Assembly (NCBI RefSeq): GCF_055900595.2
Contig: NZ_CM148325.1
Strand: one strand, 5' to 3'
DNA: 64,000 bases
Position numbers and translations under genes: made by a program. The notes beneath the pieces were generated by a model. The model saw only the letters and a program-made list of their open reading frames with translations. It was not told the origin of the DNA and did no database searches. Below, piece after piece: positions 29,022 through 44,429 of this stretch. Each line of letters begins with the position of its first letter. Positions within the stretch are counted from its first letter, which is position 1.

Positions 29022-29936
29022 ATGAAAGCCACGTCGGAAGAACTCGCCATTTTTGTTTCGGTCGTCGAAAGCGGCAGCTTTAGCCGGGCAGCGGAACAAT
29101 TAGGGCAAGCAAACTCAGCGGTAAGCCGGGCGGTGAAAAAGCTGGAGATGAAACTTGGCGTTAGCCTGCTTAATCGGACCACGCGGCAACTTAGCCTGAC
29201 GGAAGAAGGCGAGCGTTATTTTCGTCGCGTACAGTCAATTTTGCAGGAGATGGCAGCGGCAGAATCAGAAATTATGGAGACGCGTAATACGCCGCGTGGA
29301 CTGTTACGGATCGATGCTGCAACCCCTGTGGTGCTGCACTTCCTGATGCCGTTGATTAAGCCTTTCCGTGAACGCTATCCGGAAGTCACTTTATCGCTAG
29401 TCTCCTCCGAAACGATTATTAATTTGATTGAACGAAAAGTGGATGTCGCGATTCGCGCTGGTACGTTAACAGATTCCAGCTTACGAGCCAGGCCATTGTT
29501 TAACAGTTATCGAAAAATTATCGCCTCCCCCGATTATATTTCCCGCTACGGGAAGCCAGAAACGATCGACGATTTAAAGCAACATGTTTGCCTGGGATTC
29601 ACTGAACCCGCTTCCCTCAATACCTGGCCGATAGCCTGTAGTGATGGACAATTACATGAGGTAAAGTACGGTTTGTCATCCAATAGTGGGGAAACACTGA
29701 AACAGCTTTGCCTGAGTGGCAACGGGATTGCGTGTTTGTCCGACTACATGATCGACAGAGAAATCGCTCGCGGAGAATTGGTGGAGTTAATGGCAGATAA
29801 AGTGTTGCCAGTGGAAATGCCATTCAGTGCAGTCTATTACAGCGACCGTGCGGTAAGTACGCGCATCCGGGCTTTTATCGATTTCCTTAGCGAGCATGTA
29901 AAAACAGCTCCCAGAGGAGCTGTCAGAGAGGCTTAA
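29022..29936 (+). CDS. yafC: LysR-family transcriptional regulator YafC
   Basis: 304-aa ORF with an N-terminal helix-turn-helix typical of LysR regulators ([36 protein letters not shown]). Confidence 0.9.
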   Translation: MKATSEELAIFVSVVESGSFSRAAEQLGQANSAVSRAVKKLEMKLGVSLLNRTTRQLSLTEEGERYFRRVQSILQEMAAAESEIMETRNTPRGLLRIDAATPVVLHFLMPLIKPFRERYPEVTLSLVSSETIINLIERKVDVAIRAGTLTDSSLRARPLFNSYRKIIASPDYISRYGKPETIDDLKQHVCLGFTEPASLNTWPIACSDGQLHEVKYGLSSNSGETLKQLCLSGNGIACLSDYMIDREIARGELVELMADKVLPVEMPFSAVYYSDRAVSTRIRAFIDFLSEHVKTAPRGAVREA

Positions 29937-30736
29937 TCCCATTCAGGAGCCAGACCTGCCGGGCTAACCAGGCGGTCGTTGCAATCCAGTGCGGCGATCG
30001 CTTTTTTATCTTCGGCATCAAACTGTAAATTTTGTGCCTTAAGATTACTCTCCAGGTTTTCACGTTTAGTAGAAGAAGGAATTACTGAGTAACCTTCCCC
30101 CATAGCCCACGCCAGAATCACTTGTGCCGGAGTCGCATTGTGTTTAGCTGCGATACGAGCAATAACCTCATTTTTCAGTGCATTACCATAAGCCAGCGTC
30201 ATATAGGAAGTAATATGGATGCCGTGCTGTTTAGCCCAATCAACCACTTTACGGTTTTGCAGATAAGGAGAGAGTTCAATCTGGTTAGTAGCGATGTTTT
30301 CAGCGCCAACAGCAGCAATCGCTTTTTCCATCAATGGGATCGTGAAGTTGGAAATACCGATCTCACGCGTCAGACCTTGTTTTTTCGCTTCCAGCAGCGC
30401 CTGCATAAACTCTTCAACAGAGACTTCATCGTTTGGTGACGGCCAGTGGATTAGCGTCAGATCAACATAATCGGTACGCAATTTTTGCAGGCTCTCTTTC
30501 AGACTTGGGGTCAATTTATCTTTGCTGAGATTTTCAATCCAGATTTTAGTGGTGATGTAGAGTTCATTACGTGGCACGCCACTTTCTGCAATCGCCTGAC
30601 CTACTGCGGCTTCGTTATCATAGATTTGTGCGGTATCAATTGCGCGATAACCAAGTTCAAGCGCCGTTTTCACAGATGAAATAACAACGTCGTCTTTCAG
30701 ACGAAAAGTACCTAAACCAAATGCAGGAATAGCCAT
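29933..30736 (-). CDS. dkgB: 2,5-diketo-D-gluconate reductase B (aldo-keto reductase)
   Basis: 267-aa ORF recognised as E. coli DkgB ([42 protein letters not shown]...); convergent with yafC. Confidence 0.95.
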   Translation of the reverse strand: MAIPAFGLGTFRLKDDVVISSVKTALELGYRAIDTAQIYDNEAAVGQAIAESGVPRNELYITTKIWIENLSKDKLTPSLKESLQKLRTDYVDLTLIHWPSPNDEVSVEEFMQALLEAKKQGLTREIGISNFTIPLMEKAIAAVGAENIATNQIELSPYLQNRKVVDWAKQHGIHITSYMTLAYGNALKNEVIARIAAKHNATPAQVILAWAMGEGYSVIPSSTKRENLESNLKAQNLQFDAEDKKAIAALDCNDRLVSPAGLAPEWD

Positions 30737-30859
30737 AATATGCCTCTTTTAATGCTATGTTCGTTAACTGAGATGATTATGGACTTTAGACTGTTGCGGA
30801 AAAAGGGCATAAAATGCAGAGGATTTTTGCAATTATGGCAACAATAAACATACAGACGA

Positions 30860-31567
30860 AAATAAATATCCTCCGGCATAGCCGGAGGTTTTTCAAATGC
30901 GCCTGTAAGGCTCTGTTACCAGCCGCGCCCTAACAGGCGCATACGATCTGACATTTGCATTCAACTTCGTTACTTACGGCCCGTAAACGGGCTGCCCGGA
31001 TATGGAATCGATAACTGCTCCCCCATTTTATCCTCTTCAAGCTGGTGCTTTATGTAGTCCTGTATCTTCGCCGTGTTCTTACCCACCGTATCGACATAGT
31101 ACCCTCGGCACCAGAACTCCCTGTTTCTGTATTTGAATTTCAAATCCCCAAACTGCTCGTAAAGCATCAGACTGCTTTTCCCTTTCAGATATCCCATAAA
31201 GCCGGATACGCTCATTTTGGGTGGGATTTCCACAAGCATATGGATATGATCTGCGCAGCACTCTGCTTCCAGAATCCGTACGCTTTTCCACTCACACAGC
31301 TTTCTCAAAATACTGCCTATCGCCCTACGCTTCTCTCCGTAAAACGCCAGTCTTCGGTATTTCGGCGCAAAAACTATGTGATATTTACAGTTCCAGCGGG
31401 TGTGCGCTAAGCTCTTTTCGTCCCCCATTGGGACCCCCTTTTGATTTCTTGTTTGACACTTGCAGTTGCCAGACCGCAAGGTGTTTTAACAAATCAAAAG
31501 GGGTTTTAATAACTGGCTCAAAGCTGAAAGCTTTCCGGAACCCCCAGCCTAGCCGGGGGTTTTCTGT
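30860..31567 (-). mobile_element. IS200-type insertion sequence (IS200/IS605 family); boundaries approximate
   Basis: Contains an intact IS200-like tnpA; hairpin AACCCCCAGCCTAGCCGGGGGTT near 31541-31563 and palindromes at 30870-30945 flank it. Exact ends not determinable by eye. Confidence 0.6.
30970..31428 (-). CDS. tnpA: IS200 transposase TnpA (Y1 HuH tyrosine transposase)
   Basis: ORF 30970-31479 trimmed to MGDEKSLAHTRWNCKYHIVFAPKYRR... (152 aa); HuH motif HIHML and catalytic Tyr region YYVDTVG. Confidence 0.9.
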   Translation of the reverse strand: MGDEKSLAHTRWNCKYHIVFAPKYRRLAFYGEKRRAIGSILRKLCEWKSVRILEAECCADHIHMLVEIPPKMSVSGFMGYLKGKSSLMLYEQFGDLKFKYRNREFWCRGYYVDTVGKNTAKIQDYIKHQLEEDKMGEQLSIPYPGSPFTGRK

Positions 31568-31571
31568 GCAC

Positions 31572-31598
31572 AAAAAAACCTCGAGCGTTAACTCGAGG
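31572..31598 (-). terminator. rrnH operon terminator downstream of aspU
   Basis: CCTCGAGCGTTAACTCGAGG hairpin with a U-tract on the minus strand (AAAAAAA on plus), directly 3' of tRNA-Asp. Confidence 0.8.
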
Positions 31599-31610
31599 CT
31601 TCTTAATAAG

Positions 31611-31687
31611 TGGCGGAACGGACGGGACTCGAACCCGCGACCCCCTGCGTGACAGGCAGGTATTCTAACCGACTGAACTACCGCTCC
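31611..31687 (-). tRNA. aspU: tRNA-Asp (GUC), distal gene of rrnH operon
   Basis: 77 nt, identical to the 22675-22751 copy. Confidence 0.97.
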
Positions 31688-31739
31688 ACCGAATTCTTTT
31701 ACAACCACCGGTTTTATGACCGGCTTACTGCTTAATTTG

Positions 31740-31859
31740 ATGCCTGGCAGTTCCCTACTCTCGCATGGGGAGACCCCACACTACCATCGGCGCTACGGCG
31801 TTTCACTTCTGAGTTCGGCATGGGGTCAGGTGGGACCACCGCGCTAAGGCCGCCAGGCA
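31740..31859 (-). rRNA. rrfH: 5S ribosomal RNA
   Basis: 120 nt; reverse complement matches E. coli 5S rRNA (TGCCTGGCGGC...GGAACTGCCAGGCAT) apart from about one position relative to my recollection of rrfB. Confidence 0.95.
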
Positions 31860-31952
31860 AATTCTGTTTCATCAGACCGCTTCTGCGTTCTGATTTAATC
31901 TGTATCAGGCTGAAAATCTTCTCTCAATCCGCCAAAACATCTTCGGCGTTGT

Positions 31953-34857
<2,905 letters not shown>

Positions 34858-35030
34858 TCACAACCCGAAGATGTTTCACTTCTGATTGCGAAAATTTGAG
34901 AGACTCACGAACAACTTTCGTTGTTCAGTGTTTCAATTTTCAGCTTGATCCAGATTTTTAAAGAGCAAAACTTCGCAGTGAACCTTTGCAGGTACACTCT
35001 GAAGTATTTTTTATTTAATCACTACAGAGA

Positions 35031-35106
35031 TGGTGGAGCTATGCGGGATCGAACCGCAGACCTCCTGCGTGCAAAGCAGGCGCTCTCCCAGCTGAGCTAT
35101 AGCCCC
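35031..35106 (-). tRNA. alaV: tRNA-Ala (UGC), spacer tRNA
   Basis: 76 nt; reverse complement GGGGCTATAGCTCAGCTGGGAGAGCGCCTGCTTTGCACGCAGGAGGTCTGCGGTTCGATCCCGCATAGCTCCACCA. Confidence 0.97.
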
Positions 35107-35148
35107 ATAACATGTAGTTAAAACCTCTTCAAATTTGCGGTGCAAATT

Positions 35149-35225
<77 letters not shown>

Positions 35226-35293
35226 GTAGAGGTTTTACTGCTCATTTTCATCAGACAATCTGTGTGAGCACTGCAAAGCACAGTTCTTTCAGG

Positions 35294-36835
<1,542 letters not shown>

Positions 36836-36966
36836 AAAAGTTTGATGCTCAAAGAATTAAACTTCGTAATGAATTACGTGTTCACTCTTGAGACTTGGTA
36901 TTCATTTTTCGTCTTGCGACGTTAAGAATCCGTATCTTCGAGTGCCCACACAGATTGTCTGATAAA

Positions 36967-36978
36967 TTGTTAAAGAGC
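36967..36978 (-). promoter_or_regulatory. rrn leader boxA antitermination element
   Basis: Minus-strand GCTCTTTAACAA in the rrnH leader between the promoters and 16S. Confidence 0.7.
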
Positions 36979-37019
36979 AGTTGCGACGCGGCTTTCAGCT
37001 CACTGTCGCGAGGTGGCGT

Positions 37020-37047
37020 ATATTACGCTTTCCTCTTTCAGAGTCAA
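37020..37047 (-). promoter_or_regulatory. rrnH P2 promoter
   Basis: Minus strand: -35 TTGACT, 16-bp spacer, -10 TAATAT, GC-rich discriminator (CGCCACC). Confidence 0.7.
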
Positions 37048-37129
37048 CCCTGAATTTCAGGATTTTTCTCTTCAACCGAACCGGCTGTTTGTGTGAAGTG
37101 ATTCACATCCGCCGTGTCGATGGAGGCGC

Positions 37130-37185
37130 ATTATAGGGAGTCGTTTCAGGAAGACAAGCGGAAAAATGCATTTTTATTTCAACCG
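37130..37185 (-). promoter_or_regulatory. rrnH P1 promoter with upstream AT-rich UP element
   Basis: Minus strand: -35 TTGTCT, 16-bp spacer, -10 TATAAT, discriminator GCGCC; AT-rich UP-like sequence (AAATAAAAATGCATTTTTC) just upstream. Confidence 0.75.
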
Positions 37186-37200
37186 CTCATCTTTTAATCA

Positions 37201-37773
37201 TTACGCCGGTTTTTGCTGCTTTTTTATCGCTTGCGGCAGGTCTGCCAGGCTATTTAACACCCAATCCGCCGCGTTTTCTGCTTCAGGCGTAATAGGTTTT
37301 CCCGTACGCACCAGCACTTTTGTTCCCACGTTCGCCGCAGCCGCTGCCTGCATATCTTCTAATTTATCGCCCACCATATAAGAAGCGGCCATATCAATAT
37401 GCAAATAATCGCGTGCTGACAAAAGCATCCCCGGATGTGGTTTGCGGCAGTCGCAGACCTGGCGAAACTCTTCAACACTACCCTGCGGATGATGCGGGCA
37501 ATAATAGATACCATCCAGATCGACATCGCGGTCCGCCAGCGACCAGTCCATCCACTCGGTCAGCGTTTCAAACTGTGCTTCAGTAAATTTACCGCGAGCA
37601 ATGCCAGACTGGTTGGTTACTACCACCAGCGCAAAGCCCATTTTTTTTAGCTCGCGCATGGCGTCAATGACACCGTCGATAAATTCAAAGTTGTCGATCT
37701 CATGGACATAGCCGTGATCGACATTAATGGTGCCATCACGGTCAAGAAAAATTGCGGGTACGCTCTTCGCCAC
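37201..37773 (-). CDS. gmhB: D-glycero-beta-D-manno-heptose-1,7-bisphosphate 7-phosphatase
   Basis: 190-aa ORF with HAD phosphatase motif FLDRDGT and CxxC...C zinc-binding pattern; recognised as E. coli GmhB, upstream of rrnH. Confidence 0.93.
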   Translation of the reverse strand: MAKSVPAIFLDRDGTINVDHGYVHEIDNFEFIDGVIDAMRELKKMGFALVVVTNQSGIARGKFTEAQFETLTEWMDWSLADRDVDLDGIYYCPHHPQGSVEEFRQVCDCRKPHPGMLLSARDYLHIDMAASYMVGDKLEDMQAAAAANVGTKVLVRTGKPITPEAENAADWVLNSLADLPQAIKKQQKPA

Positions 37774-37862
37774 CTTTTATAGCTCCTTAATAAGGCATGT
37801 GACGCTAGTATCGCATGTTTCGACCTGCAAGAAAGTGTTCTTCGCATAAACCTGATTGATTT

Positions 37863-37870
37863 AGACGTCT
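37863..37870 (+). promoter_or_regulatory. MetJ operator (met box) in metN promoter region
   Basis: Exact AGACGTCT consensus octamer about 95 bp upstream of the metN start; adjacent octamers are degenerate. Confidence 0.55.
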
Positions 37871-37960
37871 GGATGCCTTAACATCCATTTCATTGACGGC
37901 TTTGACCGTTTCAGGCATTCGAAATGCCACGACTAACTTAATGACGATAATAAATAATCA

Positions 37961-38992
37961 ATGATAAAACTTTCGAATATCACCAAAGTGTTCCACCAGG
38001 GCACCCGCACCATCCAGGCGTTGAACAACGTCAGCCTGCATGTGCCAGCTGGACAAATTTATGGCGTTATCGGTGCCTCAGGCGCGGGTAAAAGTACGCT
38101 TATCCGTTGTGTAAACCTGCTGGAGCGCCCAACCGAGGGTAGCGTGCTGGTCGATGGTCAGGAACTTACCACGCTGTCAGAATCCGAGTTGACCAAAGCT
38201 CGCCGCCAGATTGGTATGATTTTCCAGCATTTTAACCTGCTCTCTTCGCGCACTGTTTTTGGCAACGTGGCACTGCCGCTGGAGCTGGACAACACGCCGA
38301 AAGACGAGATTAAACGTCGCGTGACAGAATTACTGTCATTGGTTGGTCTTGGCGATAAGCATGATAGTTACCCGTCTAACCTTTCCGGTGGGCAGAAACA
38401 ACGTGTGGCGATTGCCCGTGCGTTAGCCAGCAATCCCAAAGTATTGCTGTGTGATGAGGCCACCAGCGCGCTGGACCCGGCAACAACACGTTCTATTCTC
38501 GAACTGCTGAAAGACATCAATCGTCGTCTGGGTTTGACGATTCTGTTGATCACCCACGAAATGGACGTTGTGAAGCGCATTTGTGATTGCGTGGCGGTGA
38601 TCAGTAATGGCGAGTTGATCGAGCAGGACACGGTAAGTGAAGTGTTCTCGCATCCGAAAACGCCGCTAGCGCAGAAGTTTATTCAGTCGACCCTGCATCT
38701 GGATATCCCGGAAGACTATCAGGAACGACTGCAAGCGGAACCATTCGCTGACTGCGTGCCGATGCTGCGTCTGGAGTTTACCGGTCAATCGGTCGATGCC
38801 CCGCTGCTTTCTGAAACCGCGCGTCGTTTCAACGTCAATAACAACATTATTAGCGCGCAGATGGATTACGCCGGTGGCGTTAAGTTCGGCATCATGCTGA
38901 CTGAAATGCACGGCACACAACAAGATACGCAAGCCGCCATTGCCTGGCTGCAGGAACACCATGTAAAAGTAGAGGTACTGGGTTATGTCTGA
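37961..38992 (+). CDS. metN: D/L-methionine ABC transporter ATP-binding protein
   Basis: 343-aa ORF with Walker [13 protein letters not shown] signature LSGGQKQR and Walker [13 protein letters not shown]-terminal regulatory domain. Confidence 0.95.
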   Translation: MIKLSNITKVFHQGTRTIQALNNVSLHVPAGQIYGVIGASGAGKSTLIRCVNLLERPTEGSVLVDGQELTTLSESELTKARRQIGMIFQHFNLLSSRTVFGNVALPLELDNTPKDEIKRRVTELLSLVGLGDKHDSYPSNLSGGQKQRVAIARALASNPKVLLCDEATSALDPATTRSILELLKDINRRLGLTILLITHEMDVVKRICDCVAVISNGELIEQDTVSEVFSHPKTPLAQKFIQSTLHLDIPEDYQERLQAEPFADCVPMLRLEFTGQSVDAPLLSETARRFNVNNNIISAQMDYAGGVKFGIMLTEMHGTQQDTQAAIAWLQEHHVKVEVLGYV

Positions 38993-39638
38993 GCCGATGA
39001 TGTGGCTGCTGGTTCGTGGCGTATGGGAAACGCTGGCAATGACCTTCGTATCCGGTTTTTTTGGTTTTGTGATTGGCCTGCCGGTTGGCGTCCTGCTTTA
39101 TGTCACGCGTCCGGGGCAAATTATTGCTAACGCGAAGCTGTATCGTACCGTTTCTGCGATTGTGAACATTTTCCGATCCATCCCGTTCATTATCTTGCTG
39201 GTATGGATGATTCCGTTTACTCGCGTTATTGTCGGTACATCGATTGGTTTGCAAGCAGCGATTGTTCCGCTGACAGTTGGTGCAGCACCGTTTATTGCCC
39301 GTATGGTCGAGAACGCTCTGCTGGAGATCCCAACCGGGTTAATTGAAGCTTCCCGCGCAATGGGTGCTACGCCGATGCAGATCGTTCGCAAAGTGCTGTT
39401 ACCGGAGGCGTTGCCAGGTCTGGTGAATGCAGCAACTATCACCCTGATTACTCTGGTCGGTTATTCCGCAATGGGTGGCGCAGTCGGTGCCGGTGGTTTG
39501 GGTCAGATTGGCTATCAGTATGGCTACATCGGTTACAACGCGACGGTGATGAATACGGTACTGGTATTGCTGGTCATTCTGGTTTATTTAATTCAGTTCG
39601 CAGGCGACCGCATCGTCCGGGCTGTCACTCGCAAATAA
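38985..39638 (+). CDS. metI: D/L-methionine ABC transporter permease
   Basis: 217-aa multi-TM ORF overlapping the metN stop; ABC permease fold. Confidence 0.93.
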   Translation: MSEPMMWLLVRGVWETLAMTFVSGFFGFVIGLPVGVLLYVTRPGQIIANAKLYRTVSAIVNIFRSIPFIILLVWMIPFTRVIVGTSIGLQAAIVPLTVGAAPFIARMVENALLEIPTGLIEASRAMGATPMQIVRKVLLPEALPGLVNAATITLITLVGYSAMGGAVGAGGLGQIGYQYGYIGYNATVMNTVLVLLVILVYLIQFAGDRIVRAVTRK

Positions 39639-39677
39639 CGTTCAACACAACATAAATAATTGAAGAAGGAATAAGGT

Positions 39678-40493
39678 ATGGCGTTCAAATTCAAAACCTT
39701 TGCGGCAGTGGGAGCCCTGATTGGATCACTGGCACTGGTAGGCTGCGGTCAGGATGAAAAAGATCCAAACCACATTAAAGTCGGCGTGATTGTTGGTGCC
39801 GAACAGCAGGTTGCAGAAGTCGCGCAGAAAGTCGCGAAAGACAAATATGGCCTGGACGTTGAGCTGGTCACCTTCAACGACTATGTTCTGCCAAACGAAG
39901 CATTGAGCAAAGGCGATATCGACGCCAACGCCTTCCAGCATAAACCGTACCTTGATCAGCAACTGAAAGATCGTGGCTACAAACTGGTCGCAGTAGGCAA
40001 CACGTTTGTGTATCCGATTGCCGGTTACTCCAAGAAAATCAAATCGCTGGATGAACTGCAGGATGGTTCGCAGGTTGCCGTGCCAAACGACCCGACTAAC
40101 CTTGGTCGTTCACTGCTGCTGCTGCAAAAAGTGGGCTTGATCAAACTGAAAGATGGCGTTGGCCTGTTGCCAACAGTTCTTGATGTTGTAGAGAACCCAA
40201 AAAACCTGAAAATTGTTGAGCTGGAAGCACCGCAGCTGCCGCGCTCTCTGGACGATGCGCAAATCGCTCTGGCGGTTATCAACACCACCTATGCCAGCCA
40301 GATTGGCCTGACTCCGGCGAAAGACGGTATCTTTGTCGAAGATAAAGACTCCCCGTACGTAAACCTGATCGTAACGCGTGAAGATAACAAAGACGCTGAG
40401 AACGTGAAGAAATTCGTCCAGGCTTATCAGTCTGACGAAGTTTACGAAGCAGCAAACAAAGTGTTTAACGGAGGCGCTGTTAAAGGCTGGTAA
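39678..40493 (+). CDS. metQ: D/L-methionine-binding lipoprotein
   Basis: 271-aa ORF with lipoprotein signal peptide ending LVGC; NlpA-family substrate-binding protein. Confidence 0.93.
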   Translation: MAFKFKTFAAVGALIGSLALVGCGQDEKDPNHIKVGVIVGAEQQVAEVAQKVAKDKYGLDVELVTFNDYVLPNEALSKGDIDANAFQHKPYLDQQLKDRGYKLVAVGNTFVYPIAGYSKKIKSLDELQDGSQVAVPNDPTNLGRSLLLLQKVGLIKLKDGVGLLPTVLDVVENPKNLKIVELEAPQLPRSLDDAQIALAVINTTYASQIGLTPAKDGIFVEDKDSPYVNLIVTREDNKDAENVKKFVQAYQSDEVYEAANKVFNGGAVKGW

Positions 40494-40530
40494 TTTTTAG
40501 GCTGTTTCCACAATTTGTAATATCATTCAG

Positions 40531-40559
40531 GACGGGCGCTTGCCCGTCTTGTCATTTTT
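40531..40559 (+). terminator. Intrinsic terminator after metQ
   Basis: GACGGGCGCTTGCCCGTC hairpin followed by a T-rich tract. Confidence 0.75.
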
Positions 40560-40610
40560 ACAAGCTCCTGATTCAATATTGACGTTTTGATCATACATTG
40601 AGGAAATACT

Positions 40611-41015
40611 ATGCGTGCTTTACCGATCTGTTTAGTAGCACTCATGCTAAGCGGCTGTTCCATGTTAAGCAGATCCCCTGTCGAACCCGTTCAAAGCACT
40701 GCACCCCAGCCGAAAGCGGAGCCTGCAAAACCGAAAGCACCGCGCGCCGCGCCGGTCCGAATTTATACCAATGCAGAAGAATTAGTCGGCAAACCATTCC
40801 GCGATCTCGGTGAAGTCAGTGGCGATTCTTGCCAGGCCTCTAATCAGGACTCTCCGCCGAGCATTCCAACCGCGCGTAAGCGGATGCAAATCAATGCCTC
40901 TAAAATGAAAGCCAATGCGGTATTACTGCATAGCTGCGAAGTTACCAGCGGTACGCCAGGCTGTTATCGTCAGGCTGTATGTATCGGTTCTGCGCTTAAC
41001 ATTACGGCGAAATGA
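40611..41015 (+). CDS. rcsF: Outer-membrane lipoprotein RcsF (Rcs phosphorelay sensor)
   Basis: 134-aa ORF with lipobox LSGC, proline/lysine-rich linker and four conserved cysteines; recognised as RcsF. Confidence 0.93.
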   Translation: MRALPICLVALMLSGCSMLSRSPVEPVQSTAPQPKAEPAKPKAPRAAPVRIYTNAEELVGKPFRDLGEVSGDSCQASNQDSPPSIPTARKRMQINASKMKANAVLLHSCEVTSGTPGCYRQAVCIGSALNITAK

Positions 41016-41719
41016 GCAGTTTCCAGTTCGAGCAAATAGGCGTTATTCACTCGCCCTATAAAGAAAAATTCGCCGTTCCGCGCCAGCCAGGTCTGGTAAA
41101 AAGCGCCAACGGTGAACTGCATCTCATTGCTCCCTACAACCAGGCCGACGCCGTTCGCGGCCTGGAAGCGTTTAGCCATTTATGGATCCTTTTTGTCTTT
41201 CATCAAACAATGGAAGGCGGCTGGCGTCCGACAGTGCGTCCACCGCGCCTCGGCGGTAACGCCAGAATGGGCGTTTTCGCCACACGCTCTACTTTCCGCC
41301 CTAACCCGATTGGTATGTCGCTGGTAGAGCTGAAGGAAGTTATTTGTCATAAAGATAGCGTGATTCTGAAGCTCGGCAGTCTGGATCTGGTCGATGGTAC
41401 GCCGGTGGTAGATATCAAACCGTATCTTCCCTTTGCCGAATCGCTTCCTGATGCCAGTGCCAGCTATGCGCAAAGTGCACCAGCGGCAGAGATGGCGGTG
41501 AGTTTTACCTTAGAGGTCGAAAAGCAGCTTTTGACATTGGAGAAGCGCTATCCGCAGTTAACGCTGTTTATCCGCGAAGTACTGGCGCAGGACCCGCGTC
41601 CAGCCTATCGTAAAGGTGAGGAAACGGGCAAAACCTATGCCGTCTGGCTACATAATTTTAACGTTCGCTGGCGCGTCACCGACGCTGGTTTTGAAGTCTT
41701 TGCGCTGGAACCGCGTTAA
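41012..41719 (+). CDS. tsaA: tRNA (adenine37-N6)-methyltransferase TsaA (YaeB)
   Basis: 235-aa ORF overlapping the rcsF stop; conserved position upstream of proS. Confidence 0.88.
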   Translation: MSSFQFEQIGVIHSPYKEKFAVPRQPGLVKSANGELHLIAPYNQADAVRGLEAFSHLWILFVFHQTMEGGWRPTVRPPRLGGNARMGVFATRSTFRPNPIGMSLVELKEVICHKDSVILKLGSLDLVDGTPVVDIKPYLPFAESLPDASASYAQSAPAAEMAVSFTLEVEKQLLTLEKRYPQLTLFIREVLAQDPRPAYRKGEETGKTYAVWLHNFNVRWRVTDAGFEVFALEPR

Positions 41720-41829
41720 ATTCGCGCCCTTCTCTTTTGACATTTCTTTTGCACTGGTAAACTAAATCACTTTTTTTGTCCCAGGCTCGCCTTGAGCCTG
41801 CTCTACCTTCCAACTGGAACCGTAACAAC

Positions 41830-43548
41830 ATGCGTACTAGCCAATACCTGCTCTCCACTCTTAAGGAGACACCTGCCGACGCCGAGGTGATCAGCCATCA
41901 GCTGATGTTGCGCGCCGGGATGATCCGCAAGCTGGCCTCCGGGTTATACACCTGGCTGCCGACCGGCGTGCGCGTTCTGAAAAAAGTCGAAAACATCGTG
42001 CGTGAAGAGATGAACAACGCCGGTGCGATCGAGGTGTTAATGCCGGTGGTTCAGCCATCTGAACTGTGGCAAGAGAGTGGTCGTTGGGAACAGTATGGCC
42101 CGGAATTGCTGCGTATTGCTGACCGTGGTGACCGTCCGTTCGTACTCGGCCCAACTCATGAAGAAGTGATTACCGACCTGATTCGTAACGAGCTGAGCTC
42201 TTACAAACAGCTGCCGCTGAACTTCTATCAGATCCAGACCAAGTTCCGTGATGAAGTGCGCCCGCGTTTCGGCGTCATGCGTTCCCGCGAATTCCTGATG
42301 AAAGATGCTTACTCTTTCCATACCTCTCAGGAATCCCTGCAGGAAACCTACGATGCAATGTATGCGGCCTACAGCAAAATCTTCAGCCGCATGGGGCTGG
42401 ATTTCCGCGCCGTACAGGCCGACACCGGTTCTATCGGCGGCAGCGCCTCTCACGAATTCCAGGTGCTGGCGCAGAGCGGTGAAGACGATGTGGTCTTCTC
42501 CGACACCTCTGACTATGCAGCGAACATTGAGCTGGCAGAAGCTATCGCGCCGAAAGAACCGCGCGCTGCTGCTACCCAGGAAATGACGCTGGTTGATACG
42601 CCGAACGCGAAAACCATCGCTGAACTGGTAGAACAATTCAATCTGCCGATTGAAAAAACGGTTAAGACTCTGCTGGTTAAAGCCGTTGAAGGCAGTAGCT
42701 TCCCGCTGGTTGCGCTGCTGGTTCGCGGTGACCACGAGCTGAACGAAGTTAAAGCTGAGAAACTGCCGCAGGTTGCAAGCCCGCTGACTTTCGCGACTGA
42801 AGAAGAAATTCGTGCCGTGGTTAAAGCCGGTCCGGGTTCACTGGGTCCGGTAAACATGCCGATTCCGGTAGTAATTGACCGTACTGTTGCGGCGATGAGT
42901 GATTTTGCTGCTGGTGCTAACATCGATGGCAAACACTACTTCGGTATCAACTGGGATCGCGATGTCGCAACCCCGGAAGTTGCGGATATCCGTAACGTAG
43001 TGGCTGGCGATCCAAGCCCGGATGGACAGGGTACGCTGCTGATCAAACGTGGTATCGAAGTCGGTCACATCTTCCAGCTGGGTACTAAGTACTCCGAAGC
43101 ACTTAAAGCCTCCGTTCAGGGTGAAGATGGCCGTAATCAGATCCTGACTATGGGTTGCTACGGTATCGGCGTAACGCGCGTAGTAGCTGCGGCAATTGAG
43201 CAGAACCACGACGAACGCGGCATCGTATGGCCTGACGCTATCGCACCTTTCCAGGTGGCGATTCTGCCGATGAACATGCACAAATCCTTCCGCGTACAGG
43301 AGCTGGCTGAGAAACTGTATAGCGAACTGCGCGCACAGGGTATCGAAGTGCTGCTGGATGACCGCAAACAACGTCCGGGCGTGATGTTTGCTGATATGGA
43401 ACTGATCGGTATTCCGCACACTATCGTGTTGGGCGACCGTAACCTCGACAACGACGATATCGAATACAAATACCGTCGTAACGGTGAGAAACAGTTAATT
43501 AAGACCGGTGACATCGTCGATTATCTGGTGAAACAGATTAAAGGCTGA
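41830..43548 (+). CDS. proS: Prolyl-tRNA synthetase
   Basis: ORF 41776-43548 trimmed to the internal ATG giving [20 protein letters not shown]... (572 aa); class II aaRS motifs. Confidence 0.95.
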   Translation: MRTSQYLLSTLKETPADAEVISHQLMLRAGMIRKLASGLYTWLPTGVRVLKKVENIVREEMNNAGAIEVLMPVVQPSELWQESGRWEQYGPELLRIADRGDRPFVLGPTHEEVITDLIRNELSSYKQLPLNFYQIQTKFRDEVRPRFGVMRSREFLMKDAYSFHTSQESLQETYDAMYAAYSKIFSRMGLDFRAVQADTGSIGGSASHEFQVLAQSGEDDVVFSDTSDYAANIELAEAIAPKEPRAAATQEMTLVDTPNAKTIAELVEQFNLPIEKTVKTLLVKAVEGSSFPLVALLVRGDHELNEVKAEKLPQVASPLTFATEEEIRAVVKAGPGSLGPVNMPIPVVIDRTVAAMSDFAAGANIDGKHYFGINWDRDVATPEVADIRNVVAGDPSPDGQGTLLIKRGIEVGHIFQLGTKYSEALKASVQGEDGRNQILTMGCYGIGVTRVVAAAIEQNHDERGIVWPDAIAPFQVAILPMNMHKSFRVQELAEKLYSELRAQGIEVLLDDRKQRPGVMFADMELIGIPHTIVLGDRNLDNDDIEYKYRRNGEKQLIKTGDIVDYLVKQIKG

Positions 43549-43554
43549 TGCCAG

Positions 43555-43585
43555 AAAGGGTCCTGAATTTCAGGACCCTTTTTTA
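43555..43585 (+). terminator. Intrinsic terminator after proS
   Basis: GGGTCCTGAATTTCAGGACCC hairpin followed by TTTTTT. Confidence 0.8.
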
Positions 43586-43591
43586 CATGGA

Positions 43592-44425
43592 TTGTATAAA
43601 ATGGATAAACCAAAGGCGTACTGCTGCCTGCTTCTCCCCTGCTTTCTTTTACTTTCGGCCTGTACCGTTGATATCAGCCAACCAGACTCATCAGCCACAG
43701 CGGTAGATGCCAAGGCAAAAACATGGGCAGTCAAATTCCAGCATCAAAGCTCTTTCACCGAACAATCAATAAAAGAAATAACAGAACCTGATCTCAAACC
43801 CGGCGATTTACTGTTCTCCTCAAGCCTCGGGGTAACCTCATTTGGTATCCGCGTCTTCAGCACTTCCTCAGTGAGCCACGTTGCAATCTTTTTGGGAGAT
43901 AATAACGTTGCAGAAGCGACAGGAGATGGCATCCAGATTGTTTCCCTTAAAAAAGCGATGAAGCATAGTGATAAGCTTTTCGTCTTACGAGTCCCGGATC
44001 TTACCCCGCAACAAGCCACAGAAATTACCGCGTTTGCCAATAAAATCAAAGATAGCGGTTATAACTATCGCGGCATTGTCGAATTTATTCCATTTATGGT
44101 GACTCGCCAGATGTGCTCACTGAATCCGTTCTCCGAGGATTTTCGCCAACAGTGCGTCAGCGGCCTGGCGAAAGCGCAGTTAAGCAGTGTGAGCGAAGGA
44201 GACAAAAAGTCGTGGTTTTGTTCGGAATTTGTCACTGATGCATTTGCCAAAGCCGGACATCCGCTTACGCTGGCACAGTCTGGCTGGATTAGCCCTGCCG
44301 ATCTGATGCATATGCGTACTGGCGATGTCTCTGCGTTTAAGCCAGAAACGCAGTTACATTATGTTGGGCACCTGAAGCCAGGAATTTATATTAAAGCGAG
44401 TCGCTTTGTTGGACTGACTCAGTGA
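43592..44425 (+). CDS. yaeF: Putative lipoprotein YaeF (NlpC/P60-like)
   Basis: 277-aa ORF with lipoprotein signal peptide (lipobox LLSAC); conserved position. Exact start uncertain (alternative ATG 3 codons in). Confidence 0.8.
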   Translation: MYKMDKPKAYCCLLLPCFLLLSACTVDISQPDSSATAVDAKAKTWAVKFQHQSSFTEQSIKEITEPDLKPGDLLFSSSLGVTSFGIRVFSTSSVSHVAIFLGDNNVAEATGDGIQIVSLKKAMKHSDKLFVLRVPDLTPQQATEITAFANKIKDSGYNYRGIVEFIPFMVTRQMCSLNPFSEDFRQQCVSGLAKAQLSSVSEGDKKSWFCSEFVTDAFAKAGHPLTLAQSGWISPADLMHMRTGDVSAFKPETQLHYVGHLKPGIYIKASRFVGLTQ

Positions 44426-44429
44426 TAAA

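Noticed and set aside
30870-30945. Hairpin plus T-tract (CCTCCGGCATAGCCGGAGGTTTTT) and a second long palindrome upstream of dkgB, considered as an independent terminator or regulatory site
   Set aside because: They lie where the right end of the IS200 element is expected and are more simply explained as IS200 terminal structures; cannot be separated without a reference alignment.
31740-31859. Possible single-base difference in 5S rRNA relative to the canonical E. coli 5S as I recall it
   Set aside because: rrn operon copies differ slightly and my recollection of the reference is not exact enough to call a variant.
42037-43419. Minus-strand ORFs of 232 and 193 aa inside proS
   Set aside because: Antisense to the proS coding sequence; no independent support.
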